A DNA stretch of 64,000 nt from an uncultured Alphaproteobacteria bacterium (GTDB taxonomy: Bacteria > Pseudomonadota > Alphaproteobacteria > Rhizobiales > Xanthobacteraceae), in the NCBI GenBank assembly GCA_963763365.1, contig CAVXOE010000010.1, forward strand, positions 30 to 64,029. Reading direction: 5' to 3'. Shown here piece after piece: positions 39,460 through 48,307 of this stretch (position 1 is the stretch's first letter; every line of letters starts with the position of its first letter). Position numbers and translations under genes: made by a program. Under the pieces are notes generated by a model. The model ran no database searches and was not told the DNA's origin. It saw only the letters and a program-made list of their open reading frames with translations.

Positions 39460-41205
39460 ATGAACGTTGTCCCGCGACAGAAGACCAACGAGCCGAATTT
39501 CTCCACCGCGTACTTCTTCCTGGAAGGGCTGAACGAGATCGGCATCGACTACTTGTTCTGCAATTTCGGTACCGACCACGCGCCGATCATCGAGGAGATC
39601 GCGCACCGGCGCAGCCGCGGCGAGGCGCTGCCGGCGATCGTGCGCTGTCCGCACGAGAACACGGCCGCCCACATGGCGGCCGGCTATGCGTTCGTGACCG
39701 GGCGCGGGCAGGGCGTGCTCGTTCATGTCGATGTCGGCACGGCGAACACCGCGACCGCCATGCACAACCTGTTCCGCAGCCGCATTCCGGTGCTGCTGAT
39801 GGCCGGCAAGGCGCCGTTCACCACCGGCGGCGAGCTCACCGGCACGCGCGACACCTACGTGCACTTCGTGCAGGAGCCGTTCGACCAGGGCAGCCTGGTG
39901 CGGCCCTACGTCAAATGGGAATGGACGCTGCCGTCCGGCATCGTCGTGAAGGAGGCGCTGCGGCGCGCGCACTCGATCATGCAGAGCGAGCCGCGCGGCC
40001 CGGTCTATCTGATGATGCAGCGCGAGACGCTGACGCAATCGTGGAACGCCGACGACGTGCGCCGGTTCTCGGCCGAGCAGTACGGCAGCACGGCGGGCGG
40101 CGGCGCCGATCCCGCGCTGATCGATCAGCTTGCCGACCGGCTCCTCAAGGCCGAGTATCCGATCCTGATCACCGGTTACGCCGGACGCAACGCGCGCGCC
40201 TCGCAGCTCATCCTGGAGCTGGCCGACTTCGCCGGCATCGCGCTGTTCGAAGGCAACGCCACCACCAACATCTCGCACGACAGCCCGTGCTTCCTCGGCT
40301 TTCAGCCCGGCAAGCACCTGCCCAAGGCGGATGTCGGATTGCTGGTCGATGTCGATGTGCCGTGGTTCCCGAGCGACGTGCAGGCCAACCCGGATACGTT
40401 CTGGGCGCATATCGATGTCGATATTCTCAAGCCGGCGTCGCCGATGTGGACCTTCCCGGGCAATCTGCGCATGCCGGGCGAAGCCGCGCAGATTCTCGCA
40501 CAGCTACTCGCCGCGCTGAAAGCGAAGGCGACGCCGGAGTTCAAGGCGAAGGCCGCCGCGCGCGTGGCGCAATGGCGTGCCGAGAGCGAGGCGAACGCCG
40601 AGCGCGCGAAGAAACTCGCGGCCGAGAAAGGCAAGCCCGGTGCGATCGGACTCCACTATCTGTTCGCCGAGCTCAACAAGGTGATCGGGCCCGACGACAT
40701 CGTGTTCAACGAGGCGATCGTGAGCGCACCGGCATTGATGACGCAGGTCGACCGGCCCAAGCCCGGCACCATCATGCGGGTCGGCGGCGGCGGGCTCGGG
40801 TCGTCCGGCGGCATGGCGCTCGGCGCCAAGCTCGCGAAGCCGGACCGGATGATGGTGCAGGTGGTGGGCGACGGCAGCTTCTACTTCAACAGTCCGTGCT
40901 CGGTGTTCGCGGTGGCACAGCAATACAAGCTGCCGTTCCTCTCGATCGTGGTCGACAATACCGGCTGGTCGGCGGTCAAGCACTCGACCTTGCGGGTCTA
41001 TCCGGACGGCGAGGCGAAGGGCGCGGACGAGTACGAGGCCGAACTCAATCCGGATGCGGATTTCAGCAAGGTCGGCGAAGCGTTCGGCGCCTATGGCGAG
41101 ATGGTCACCGATCCGGCCGCCGTGCCGGCCGCGATCGCACGCGCCGTCAAGGAGGTGCGCGGCGGGCGGACTGCGGTGCTGCATGTGCGCGTGACGAAGA
41201 TGTAG
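39460..41205 (+). CDS. Thiamine-diphosphate-dependent enzyme (acetolactate-synthase-like), no signal peptide
   Basis: 581 aa. Catalytic Glu context CPHENTAAHMAAGYA. ThDP-binding motif VVGDGSFYFNS...LSIVVDNTGW. Confidence 0.85.
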   Translation: MNVVPRQKTNEPNFSTAYFFLEGLNEIGIDYLFCNFGTDHAPIIEEIAHRRSRGEALPAIVRCPHENTAAHMAAGYAFVTGRGQGVLVHVDVGTANTATAMHNLFRSRIPVLLMAGKAPFTTGGELTGTRDTYVHFVQEPFDQGSLVRPYVKWEWTLPSGIVVKEALRRAHSIMQSEPRGPVYLMMQRETLTQSWNADDVRRFSAEQYGSTAGGGADPALIDQLADRLLKAEYPILITGYAGRNARASQLILELADFAGIALFEGNATTNISHDSPCFLGFQPGKHLPKADVGLLVDVDVPWFPSDVQANPDTFWAHIDVDILKPASPMWTFPGNLRMPGEAAQILAQLLAALKAKATPEFKAKAAARVAQWRAESEANAERAKKLAAEKGKPGAIGLHYLFAELNKVIGPDDIVFNEAIVSAPALMTQVDRPKPGTIMRVGGGGLGSSGGMALGAKLAKPDRMMVQVVGDGSFYFNSPCSVFAVAQQYKLPFLSIVVDNTGWSAVKHSTLRVYPDGEAKGADEYEAELNPDADFSKVGEAFGAYGEMVTDPAAVPAAIARAVKEVRGGRTAVLHVRVTKM

Positions 41206-41228
41206 CGGCTTGCACCGGTCTCTCCGCT

Positions 41229-41373
41229 CCCCTCCCCCCGCGAGCGCAGCGAGTGGTGGGGAGGGGTTGGGGGTGGGGGGTGCTTTTTCGGATAGTGGTT
41301 CAAAGCCCCCCACCCCGGCGAGCTTCGCCCGCCGACCCTCCCCACCACTCGCTGCGCTCGCGGGAGGAGGGTA
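41229..41373. repeat. Palindromic repeat, family C variant (cctcccc..cgagcgcagcgagtggtgggga type), inverted pair
   Basis: cctccccccgcgagcgcagcgagtggtggggagggg (41231-41266) faces ccctccccaccactcgctgcgctcgcgggaggaggg (41336-41371). A half-copy occurs at 48617. Confidence 0.8.
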
Positions 41374-41437
41374 GGCTGCGGCACGAGCCGCGATCCTATT
41401 GAACGACCGAGAAGAGCGGAGCGGGAGGGGAAACGAA

Positions 41438-42397
41438 ATGTTCAAGATGGCATGCCGCATGTTGCTTGTTGGCGCGGCTTTGAGTGCCGCAACCAGCGGC
41501 GCACGCGCAAAAATATCCCAGCCGCACGGTCGAGATGATCGTGGCCTACGGTCCGGGCGGCTCGACCGATCTGGTGGCGCGCGCGCTGGCGCAGAAATTC
41601 CAGGAGCGGCTCGGCCAGTCGTTCGTGGTGCTGAACAAGGCCGGCGGCAGCGGCACGATCGGCGCGACCTGGCGGCGCGCGCGGCGCCCGACGGCTACAC
41701 GCTCTACGAAGGCTACACGTCCGAACTGGTCGTGGTGCCGCAGATTTCCAAGAGCGCCAAATATTCGGTGGACGACTTCGAGCCGATCGCCGTCACCGGA
41801 TTGGTGCCGCTCGTGCTCATCACGTCGAAGAACGTGCGCGCCAACACGGTGCCGGAGTTCATCGCCGAGATGCGCGCCGCGCCCGGCAAGTACACCTATG
41901 GCGGCGGCATCGGCGCGCCGCCGCATGTCATGGGCGCGTGGTTCAACCGCGTCAACAACCTCAACGTCACGCACGTGCCCTATCGCGGCGGCGGGCAGGC
42001 GGTGGCCGACGTGGTTGGCGGGCATATCGACATGTTCTACGCCGGGCTCGCGGCCGCCAAGGGCGCGATCAATTCCGGATCGGTGAAGGCGCTGGCGGTG
42101 ACGGGCGACGTGCGTTCCTCGGCGTTGCCGAACGTGCCGACCTTCAAGGAAACGGGCGTCAAGGATTTCGAGCTCGCGAGCTGGAACGTGCTGCTGGCGC
42201 CCAAGGGGACGCCGGCCGACATCATCTCGCTGCTGCGCAAGGAGACCGCGCTCGCGCTCGCCGATCCGAAAGTGCGCGAGATCTACAGCTCGCAGGGCGT
42301 CGAGCCGAGCCAGACGCAGGACGTGAAGGCTTTTCTCGCGCACGAGCGCGACGCGTTCGGCCGCGTGGTACGCGAGATCGGCATCTCGATGGATTAG
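41438..42397 (+). pseudogene. Bug/TctC-family substrate-binding protein with two compensating frame shifts (about 41501 and 41666)
   Basis: Signal MFKMACRMLLVGAALSAATSG is in phase 2. The conserved HAQKYPSRTVEMIVAYGPGGSTDLVARALA...LNKAGGSGTIGA is in phase 0. (D)LAARAAPDGYTLY...YRGGGQAVADVVGGHIDMF...IGISMD is back in phase 2. Confidence 0.8.
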
Positions 42398-42528
42398 CGG
42401 GTGCCGGCCGGTCATTTCTCCGCCCACCGAGCAACACGTCGTTGCGCCGAGAGCGCAGGCGTCATGCTCGGCGGGCTTCGCACGCTTGCGCAACCGTCGG
42501 AGAGCAAGCGAATTTCAACTGGCGCCCG

Positions 42529-42744
42529 TTATTTGTGATGCTCGGCGTGATGCTTTGCGGCCTCATGGCCATGATGGGTCGCATGCAGACCGTGCGCGTG
42601 CGCGACATGCGCATGATGTCCGGCCTTCTCGTGATCGCCGGATGTATAATGCTTGGCCGCCTCGCGGTGATGATGGGCCGCGTTCTCATGGTGCTCGGCT
42701 GCGGTATGATGGTGGTCGCCGCCTTTGTGCATCTTCGTGCTCAT
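42529..42744 (-). CDS. Small histidine-rich protein (24 His in 71 aa), function unknown
   Basis: MSTKMHKGGDHHHTAAEHHENAAHHHREAAKHYTSGDHEKAGHHAHVAHAHGLHATHHGHEAAKHHAEHHK. A strong SD (caggaggag) lies about 7 nt upstream of the ATG. No signal peptide. Confidence 0.75.
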   Translation of the reverse strand: MSTKMHKGGDHHHTAAEHHENAAHHHREAAKHYTSGDHEKAGHHAHVAHAHGLHATHHGHEAAKHHAEHHK

Positions 42745-42840
42745 GTTTGATCTCCTCCTGTGCGTGTTCGGTCGCGTCCACCAGGATGCTGCCGAAATCT
42801 GACACGCGTGTGAATTCAGGCGCGGGCCGGTGAATTGAAA

Positions 42841-44445
42841 CTAGGCGGCGGATTTTATCTTCGTCATCGGAAAGAAGCTTTGCGCATCGGCGAGCGCCCA
42901 TTGCTGTGCGTAGTATGTGTGCGCCGAATGTGTCAGTAATTCGCGATGCGTCAAAAACGTATAAACCGCCGCGAAACTCTTCACCTCACTCGGTGAAACC
43001 CGCTTGAGAATGTGCTCCGGACGAAGTTCGCCCGGGTGAGTGAGCCCGGCGGCGCCCACCAGATCTCCCAGAGCGGCGACGGAGTTCCGGTGAAACTGCC
43101 GCACGCGGACGGTTTTGTCGCCGACCACCAGGGCGCGTTGGCGCCAGGGATTTTGCGTCGCGACTCCGGTCGGGCAGCGGTCGGTGTGACAGGACTGCGC
43201 CTGGATGCAGCCCAATGCGAACATGAAGCCGCGCGCCACATTGCACCAATCGGCTCCGAGCGCCAGCAGGCGCGCGATGTCGAATCCGGTCACCACCCGC
43301 CCGCTCGCGCCGAGGCGGATCGATTGCCGCAATCCCGTACCCACGAGGCAGTTGTGAGCGAGGACTAAGCCTTCGCGCAGCGGCGTGCCGACATGATCGA
43401 CGAATTCGAGCGGGGCTGCGCCGGTGCCGCCCTCCGAACCGTCGATGACGATGAAGTCCGGTCGGATGCCGGTCTCCAGCATGGCCTTGCAGAGCGCCAT
43501 GAATTCCCAGGCGTGCCCAACGCAGAGCTTGAAGCCGACCGGTTTGCCGCCCGACAATTCGCGCAGTTGCGCGATAAATCTCATCATTTCGACCGGCGTA
43601 TTGAACGCCGAATGGCGCGCGGGGGAGATGCAGTCGATGCCGATCGGTACGCCGCGTGCCTCCGAGATTTCCGCCGTCACCTTAGCTCCCGGTAGCACGC
43701 CGCCGTGACCGGGCTTGGCGCCTTGTGAGAGCTTGATCTCGATCATCTTGATTTGCGGCTCGCGGGCCTGCTCGGCGAACCGTTCGGCGCAGAATGCGCC
43801 GTCCGCCGTGCGGCAACCGAAATAGCCGCTGCCGATCTCCCAGATCAGGTCGCCGCCGAACTCGCGGTGATAGCGGCTGATGCCACCCTCACCAGTATCA
43901 TGGGCGAAGCGCCCAAGCTTGGCGCCATGGTTGAGTGCGCGAATGGCGTTGGCGCTCAACGCGCCGAAGCTCATGGCGGAGATGTTGAGCAGCGAGAGCG
44001 AATACGGCGCCCGGCAGTCGGGCCCACCCACCGTGATGCGAAAGTCCGAGTCGTCGATGTGCTGCGGCGCGATCGAATGGTTGATCCATTCGAAGTTGTC
44101 GCCGTAGATATCCTGCTGGGTGCCGAACGGCCGTTTGTCGAGCGCGCCCTTTGCGCGCTGGTAGGCAACCGCTCGCTTCGAGCGGTTGAATGGCGTGCCG
44201 TCCGTCTCGCTTTCCAAAAAGTACTGCCGGATTTCCGGCCGAATTCGTTCCAGACCGAAGCGAATGTGCGCGAGTATGGGATAGTTTCGGCGAATGCTAT
44301 GGCTGGATTGGAGAAGATCCCATACGCCGATGACACACAGGACGACACACGGCACAGCCAACATGGCGAAGATGATGTGATAGGGGGTTAGTAAGGCAAG
44401 GGCGATAGCGCCAATCGCACTCGCGGCCAATGCGACAAATCTCAT
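42841..44445 (-). CDS. FMN-binding glutamate-synthase-family protein (GltB domain-2-like), membrane anchored
   Basis: 534 aa. N-terminal hydrophobic helices (…LLTPYHIIFAMLAVPCVVLCVIGVW…). FMN-domain motifs HDTGEGGIS and VIDGSEGGTGAAPLEF. Confidence 0.85.
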   Translation of the reverse strand: MRFVALAASAIGAIALALLTPYHIIFAMLAVPCVVLCVIGVWDLLQSSHSIRRNYPILAHIRFGLERIRPEIRQYFLESETDGTPFNRSKRAVAYQRAKGALDKRPFGTQQDIYGDNFEWINHSIAPQHIDDSDFRITVGGPDCRAPYSLSLLNISAMSFGALSANAIRALNHGAKLGRFAHDTGEGGISRYHREFGGDLIWEIGSGYFGCRTADGAFCAERFAEQAREPQIKMIEIKLSQGAKPGHGGVLPGAKVTAEISEARGVPIGIDCISPARHSAFNTPVEMMRFIAQLRELSGGKPVGFKLCVGHAWEFMALCKAMLETGIRPDFIVIDGSEGGTGAAPLEFVDHVGTPLREGLVLAHNCLVGTGLRQSIRLGASGRVVTGFDIARLLALGADWCNVARGFMFALGCIQAQSCHTDRCPTGVATQNPWRQRALVVGDKTVRVRQFHRNSVAALGDLVGAAGLTHPGELRPEHILKRVSPSEVKSFAAVYTFLTHRELLTHSAHTYYAQQWALADAQSFFPMTKIKSAA

Positions 44446-44669
44446 AGCACTCCCCTGCGCCGCAATTCAGCTCGCGGTCGAAATCTTTGGTCGTTCTGGA
44501 ACGCAGTCTTTAACGGCACTCGGCCACCGCAGGCGCCGGCCCCACATGGCACATCCGCCAGATGGTACGTCCGCCACATGACGGCTCCGTGTCACTCCAG
44601 ACTGACTCGTTGCGGACTAACGCGCGGCGTCATTCCGGCGGCGCAAATTTGCTTGTGAATCCGAGCGGG

Positions 44670-44903
44670 CTAAAAGTCGAAGAACTTGAGGCGCAGCGCG
44701 TCCTCATATTCCCTCTTCGCAGCTTTGACTCGGGTGCGGACTTCGTCCTCTCGGAAGTGCGCCGCCTCCCATTTGTCGACTTCAGCGACCGAGTGATTGG
44801 CGGAGGCGAACGCCTCCTCCTCCTTGATCGCGCTGATCCATTCCTCGACGGCCGACTTGTACGCGCCCTGTAGCCGGTCGAGGTCCTGCAATTCGACTGT
44901 CAT
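44670..44903 (-). CDS. Small conserved-looking hypothetical protein (77 aa, helical, acidic)
   Basis: The ORF lies 18 nt downstream of pitA on the same strand with coding-like composition. I recognise no family. Confidence 0.45.
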   Translation of the reverse strand: MTVELQDLDRLQGAYKSAVEEWISAIKEEEAFASANHSVAEVDKWEAAHFREDEVRTRVKAAKREYEDALRLKFFDF

Positions 44904-44921
44904 GAAAGTCCCCGTTGGATA

Positions 44922-46544
44922 TCAGAAGATGTTGACGAACAGTACGAAGAGACAGGCCGAAAGCGTGATGGATGCCGGCAAGGTCAGCACCCACGCCATC
45001 AGCAAATTGCGAACGGTCGCCATTTGCAGACCTGAACCATTCGCCGCCATGGTTCCGGCGACGCCGGAGGACAGAACGTGGGTTGTTGACACTGGCAAAC
45101 CGTAGACGTCGGCAGCCGCGATCGTTCCGGCCGCGACGAGCTCGGCGGCAGCCCCTTGTGCATAGGTAAGGTGCGTCTTGCCGATCTTCTCGCCGACGGT
45201 GACGACGATGCGTTTCCAGCCGACCATCGTGCCCAATCCCAGCGCAACGGCGACTAAGACCTTCACCCAAAGCGGAATGAACTTGGTCGCGTCATCGAGC
45301 GACCTCTTGTACGCCGTCAGTTTCGCGACCTCTTCCTTATTGAGCTCGTTTTCCTTGTCCTTCATCAGGAACCGGAGAGCCTCCGAAACGACATACATGT
45401 CGTTTCGGGTGTTACCGACGGCGGCGGCCGGTACCTTGGCGAAAGAGCCGTATTCGGTGATCTGCTTGGAGATATCGTCGATCAACACGGCCAGCGACGG
45501 ATAGGTGCCCTCACTGATCTTCCGCTTGGACACGAATTGCTGAACTGTCGGGCGCGGATCGCCGATGATGTTGTAACCGGCGGCCTTCTGCCGGACGATC
45601 GCCGAGGCCGCGGCGGAGTTCGCCTGAAATGCTGCCATTTGGCTCGCCGGCAGCGAGCGGTTGAGCGCGTAGGCGGTCGGGACCGTGCCGATGAGGATGA
45701 GCATGATCAACCCCATCCCCTTTTGACCGTCGTTCGAGCCGTGCGCAAACGACACGCCGGTGCATGTCGCAATGAGAGTGGCGCGGATCCACCACGGCGG
45801 CGGCTGATTGCCTTTCGGCTCGCGATAGAGCTCGGGGTTGCGGATCACGAACTTGCACGCGAGCAGCAGCAGGGCGGCGGCAAAGAAGCCGAAGAGCGGG
45901 GACAGCAGCAGCGACCATCCGATCTCAGACGCCTTCGTCCAATCCACGCCGGAGGTGCCGTCCTGGCCGTTCATCAGCGCATTGGCGACACCGACGCCGA
46001 TGATCGAGCCAATCAGCGTGTGGGAGCTCGATGCCGGAAGGCCAAGATACCAGGTGCCGAGGTTCCAGATGATCGCTGCGAACAGCAGCGCAAAGACCAT
46101 GGCAAAGCCGGCCCCACTGCCGACCTGGAGGATGAGTTCGACCGGCAGCAGCGAGATGATCCCAAACGCTACCGCTCCGCTGGATAGAACGACGCCGAGG
46201 AAGTTGAAGAAGCCGGACCAGACGACCGCGAGGTTCGCCGGCATGGAGTGAGTGTAGATGACGGTCGCAACGGCGTTCGCCGTGTCGTGGAAACCGTTTA
46301 CAAATTCGAAGCCAAGCGCGATCAGCAGCGCCACGAACAGCAAGATATAAGGAAGATACGTGGTGGTGGTCTTCACGCCGGTGGCGGAAACGTCATCGTA
46401 CAGGCTGTACGCCATGAACAGAAGCCCGGCCGCAAGAGCGCCAAAGAAGAGGATAAGGGTCAACGGACTTGAGGGGTGGTCGAGTTTCGGCTTCTCAACG
46501 GCCGTGTGGAGCGGGGTGTGCAGCGACGCGGTTATGTCTGTCAT
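44922..46544 (-). CDS. pitA: Low-affinity inorganic phosphate transporter (PiT family)
   Basis: Strong resemblance to E. coli PitA as recalled: FEFVNGFHDTANAVATVIYT, WNLGTWYLGLPASSSHTLIGSIIG, AHGSNDGQKGMG, PVSTTHVLSSGVAGTM. Start placed at MTDITAS (46544). Confidence 0.9.
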   Translation of the reverse strand: MTDITASLHTPLHTAVEKPKLDHPSSPLTLILFFGALAAGLLFMAYSLYDDVSATGVKTTTTYLPYILLFVALLIALGFEFVNGFHDTANAVATVIYTHSMPANLAVVWSGFFNFLGVVLSSGAVAFGIISLLPVELILQVGSGAGFAMVFALLFAAIIWNLGTWYLGLPASSSHTLIGSIIGVGVANALMNGQDGTSGVDWTKASEIGWSLLLSPLFGFFAAALLLLACKFVIRNPELYREPKGNQPPPWWIRATLIATCTGVSFAHGSNDGQKGMGLIMLILIGTVPTAYALNRSLPASQMAAFQANSAAASAIVRQKAAGYNIIGDPRPTVQQFVSKRKISEGTYPSLAVLIDDISKQITEYGSFAKVPAAAVGNTRNDMYVVSEALRFLMKDKENELNKEEVAKLTAYKRSLDDATKFIPLWVKVLVAVALGLGTMVGWKRIVVTVGEKIGKTHLTYAQGAAAELVAAGTIAAADVYGLPVSTTHVLSSGVAGTMAANGSGLQMATVRNLLMAWVLTLPASITLSACLFVLFVNIF

Positions 46545-46781
46545 GACTGTCCCAGGCTGAAGCGAAGCCAAAAGCAAAGAGCACTCGCATGACAAGCGAG
46601 TGACTGATTTGTGTAGCGCCTCCGATCCGCGCATAGCTTTCGGAAATTGCATGCGCCAACAGGCTTCGATTGATTGGCGCCGTTTGCCAGGCGATCGACT
46701 CGGCCGCCGTGCATATCCCGGGGTTGACCACCGGCTTTCCGCGCGGCGTCACCGACCAGGGCCCCACCGGACTCGCGCGCG

Positions 46782-47296
46782 CTAGACTAGCCGCAAGATA
46801 CCCAACTCGATCTCCGCGGGATTCCGAATCTGCGCGTCGATGACCTCCAGCGAGAATCTTTCGGCCGCAGTTTGTGCCGATTGCAGGGCCACCTTTGCAC
46901 CGAGCGCTGGCTCCAGATTAGAGAACCCCGTTACGGCTCCGCCCGGACGCGCGATGCTCGCCACGAAACCCTGCGCCACGGGCTCCGCGATGAATACGAT
47001 CGGCACCTTGGGCACGGCCGATTCGATCGCCCGCAAGCCGATGCTGCTGTGATGGTGCGTGTCCACTCGCTGTCGAGCACACCCCAGAGATAATCGACAT
47101 TGACATTGCGACCCGCCACCCATCCGGCCTTTTCCAATCCCTCGCAGAACGCGGTGACGCGCGGTTGTCCTTGCGGATTATTCTACGCAGATTGCATCAC
47201 CACCACCGCGATCCGCCGCAGCCGATTACGCTGCTGCGCACGCGCCGACACCGGCCACGCCGCCCATCAACGAGACAAAGTCGCGCCGCCCGATCA
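46782..47296 (-). pseudogene. Decayed paralogue of the adjacent ABC-type substrate-binding protein gene
   Basis: Recognisable pieces: GRRDFVSLMGGVA.WPVSARAQQ (Tat-like signal), RIAVVVMQSA-TAG-NNPQGQPRVTAFCEGLEKAGWVAGRNVNVDY, and PIVFIAEPVAQGFVASIARPGGAVTGFS. They sit in different frames, with an in-frame stop and an internal deletion relative to 47294-48307. Confidence 0.75.
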
Positions 47297-48307
47297 CTCG
47301 ATCACCCTGTCCGCGCGAGCGAGAAGCATCGGGGGAACGGTGAGACCAAGCGCCTTGGCGGTTTTGAGATTGACAGTAAGTTCGGATTTGGTGGGCTCCT
47401 GGATGGGCAAGCCTGCCGGTTTCTCGCCTTTGAGGATCCGATCGATGTAGCTTGCCGCGCGCCGAAATTGATCGATCTGAATTGGCCCGTAGGAGATCAA
47501 ACCACCCCCTACGACGAACAGATTACGGGGATAGACCGCGGGCAGTCCATAGCGAGCGGCAAGTGCAATGATCAGCTCGCGATGCACTGTTGCGATCGCG
47601 CTCGTAGTCACGACTAGGCCACCATTAGGGGAGCGCGCGAACGCAGCAACGGCGCGCTCAAACTCCGCTACCTCGTCAAAATCCGCCCGTATGACCTCCA
47701 CTCGAAGGGATGGCGCCAGCGCTTGAATTGCGTCCCACTGTCCGACTCCAACGGCAGTCGCTCGATCCAGAATGACGGCCGCGCGCGTCACACCCGGCGC
47801 AACCTCTTTCAGCAGCTCAAGCCACTTACCGGCGATGCCGTATCCAAAATTGGTGAAGCCAGTGGCATTGCCGCCAGGCCGCGTTAGGCTCGCGGCAAAA
47901 CCGGAGCCCACCGGGTCGGTAACGTTCATGAATACGATTGGCACCGTGCGGGATGCTTGCAATATCGCTGCCGTTGCTACGGTGCCGTCGGTCAGAACGA
48001 CCTCCGGGACAAGGGCAATCAATGCTCGCGCAAGCGTGGCAAGTTCCACAGCATATTCATGAAAGTTATCGGGACTACCTACTGCCGAAAGAGAAACGAT
48101 CTGTAGGTTGCGGCCCTCGGTCCAGCCAAACTGCTGAAGCCCTTCAAGGAAGGCAGCTGTGCTGCCTTGGGTTTCGGACACGTCCGCGGATGCGTAGCCG
48201 ATAAGTATGCCGACGCGCCGCATCCGCTCGCCCGGCTGTCCCCGCGCCGCAATCGGCCACGCCGCCGCTGCGCCGCCGATTAGGGCGATGAACTCGCGGC
48301 GCTTCAT
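47294..48307 (-). CDS. ABC transporter substrate-binding protein (COG2984-type) with Tat-like signal
   Basis: MKRREFIALIGGAAAAWPIAARGQ, then RVGILIGY...PIVFMNVTDPVGSGFAASLTRPGGNATGFT...LTVNLKTAKALGLTVPPMLLARADRVIE, typical of this expanded family. No cognate permease or ATPase genes nearby. Confidence 0.8.
   Translation of the reverse strand: MKRREFIALIGGAAAAWPIAARGQPGERMRRVGILIGYASADVSETQGSTAAFLEGLQQFGWTEGRNLQIVSLSAVGSPDNFHEYAVELATLARALIALVPEVVLTDGTVATAAILQASRTVPIVFMNVTDPVGSGFAASLTRPGGNATGFTNFGYGIAGKWLELLKEVAPGVTRAAVILDRATAVGVGQWDAIQALAPSLRVEVIRADFDEVAEFERAVAAFARSPNGGLVVTTSAIATVHRELIIALAARYGLPAVYPRNLFVVGGGLISYGPIQIDQFRRAASYIDRILKGEKPAGLPIQEPTKSELTVNLKTAKALGLTVPPMLLARADRVIE

Noticed and set aside
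46545-46620. Perfect 7-bp hairpin (cactcgc-ttgtcat-gcgagtg on the minus strand) in the pitA leader, considered as a Pho box or attenuator
   Set aside because: It is a single short stem without a U-tract, and there is no tandem direct-repeat PhoB-type box that I can identify. This is insufficient evidence for a regulatory call.
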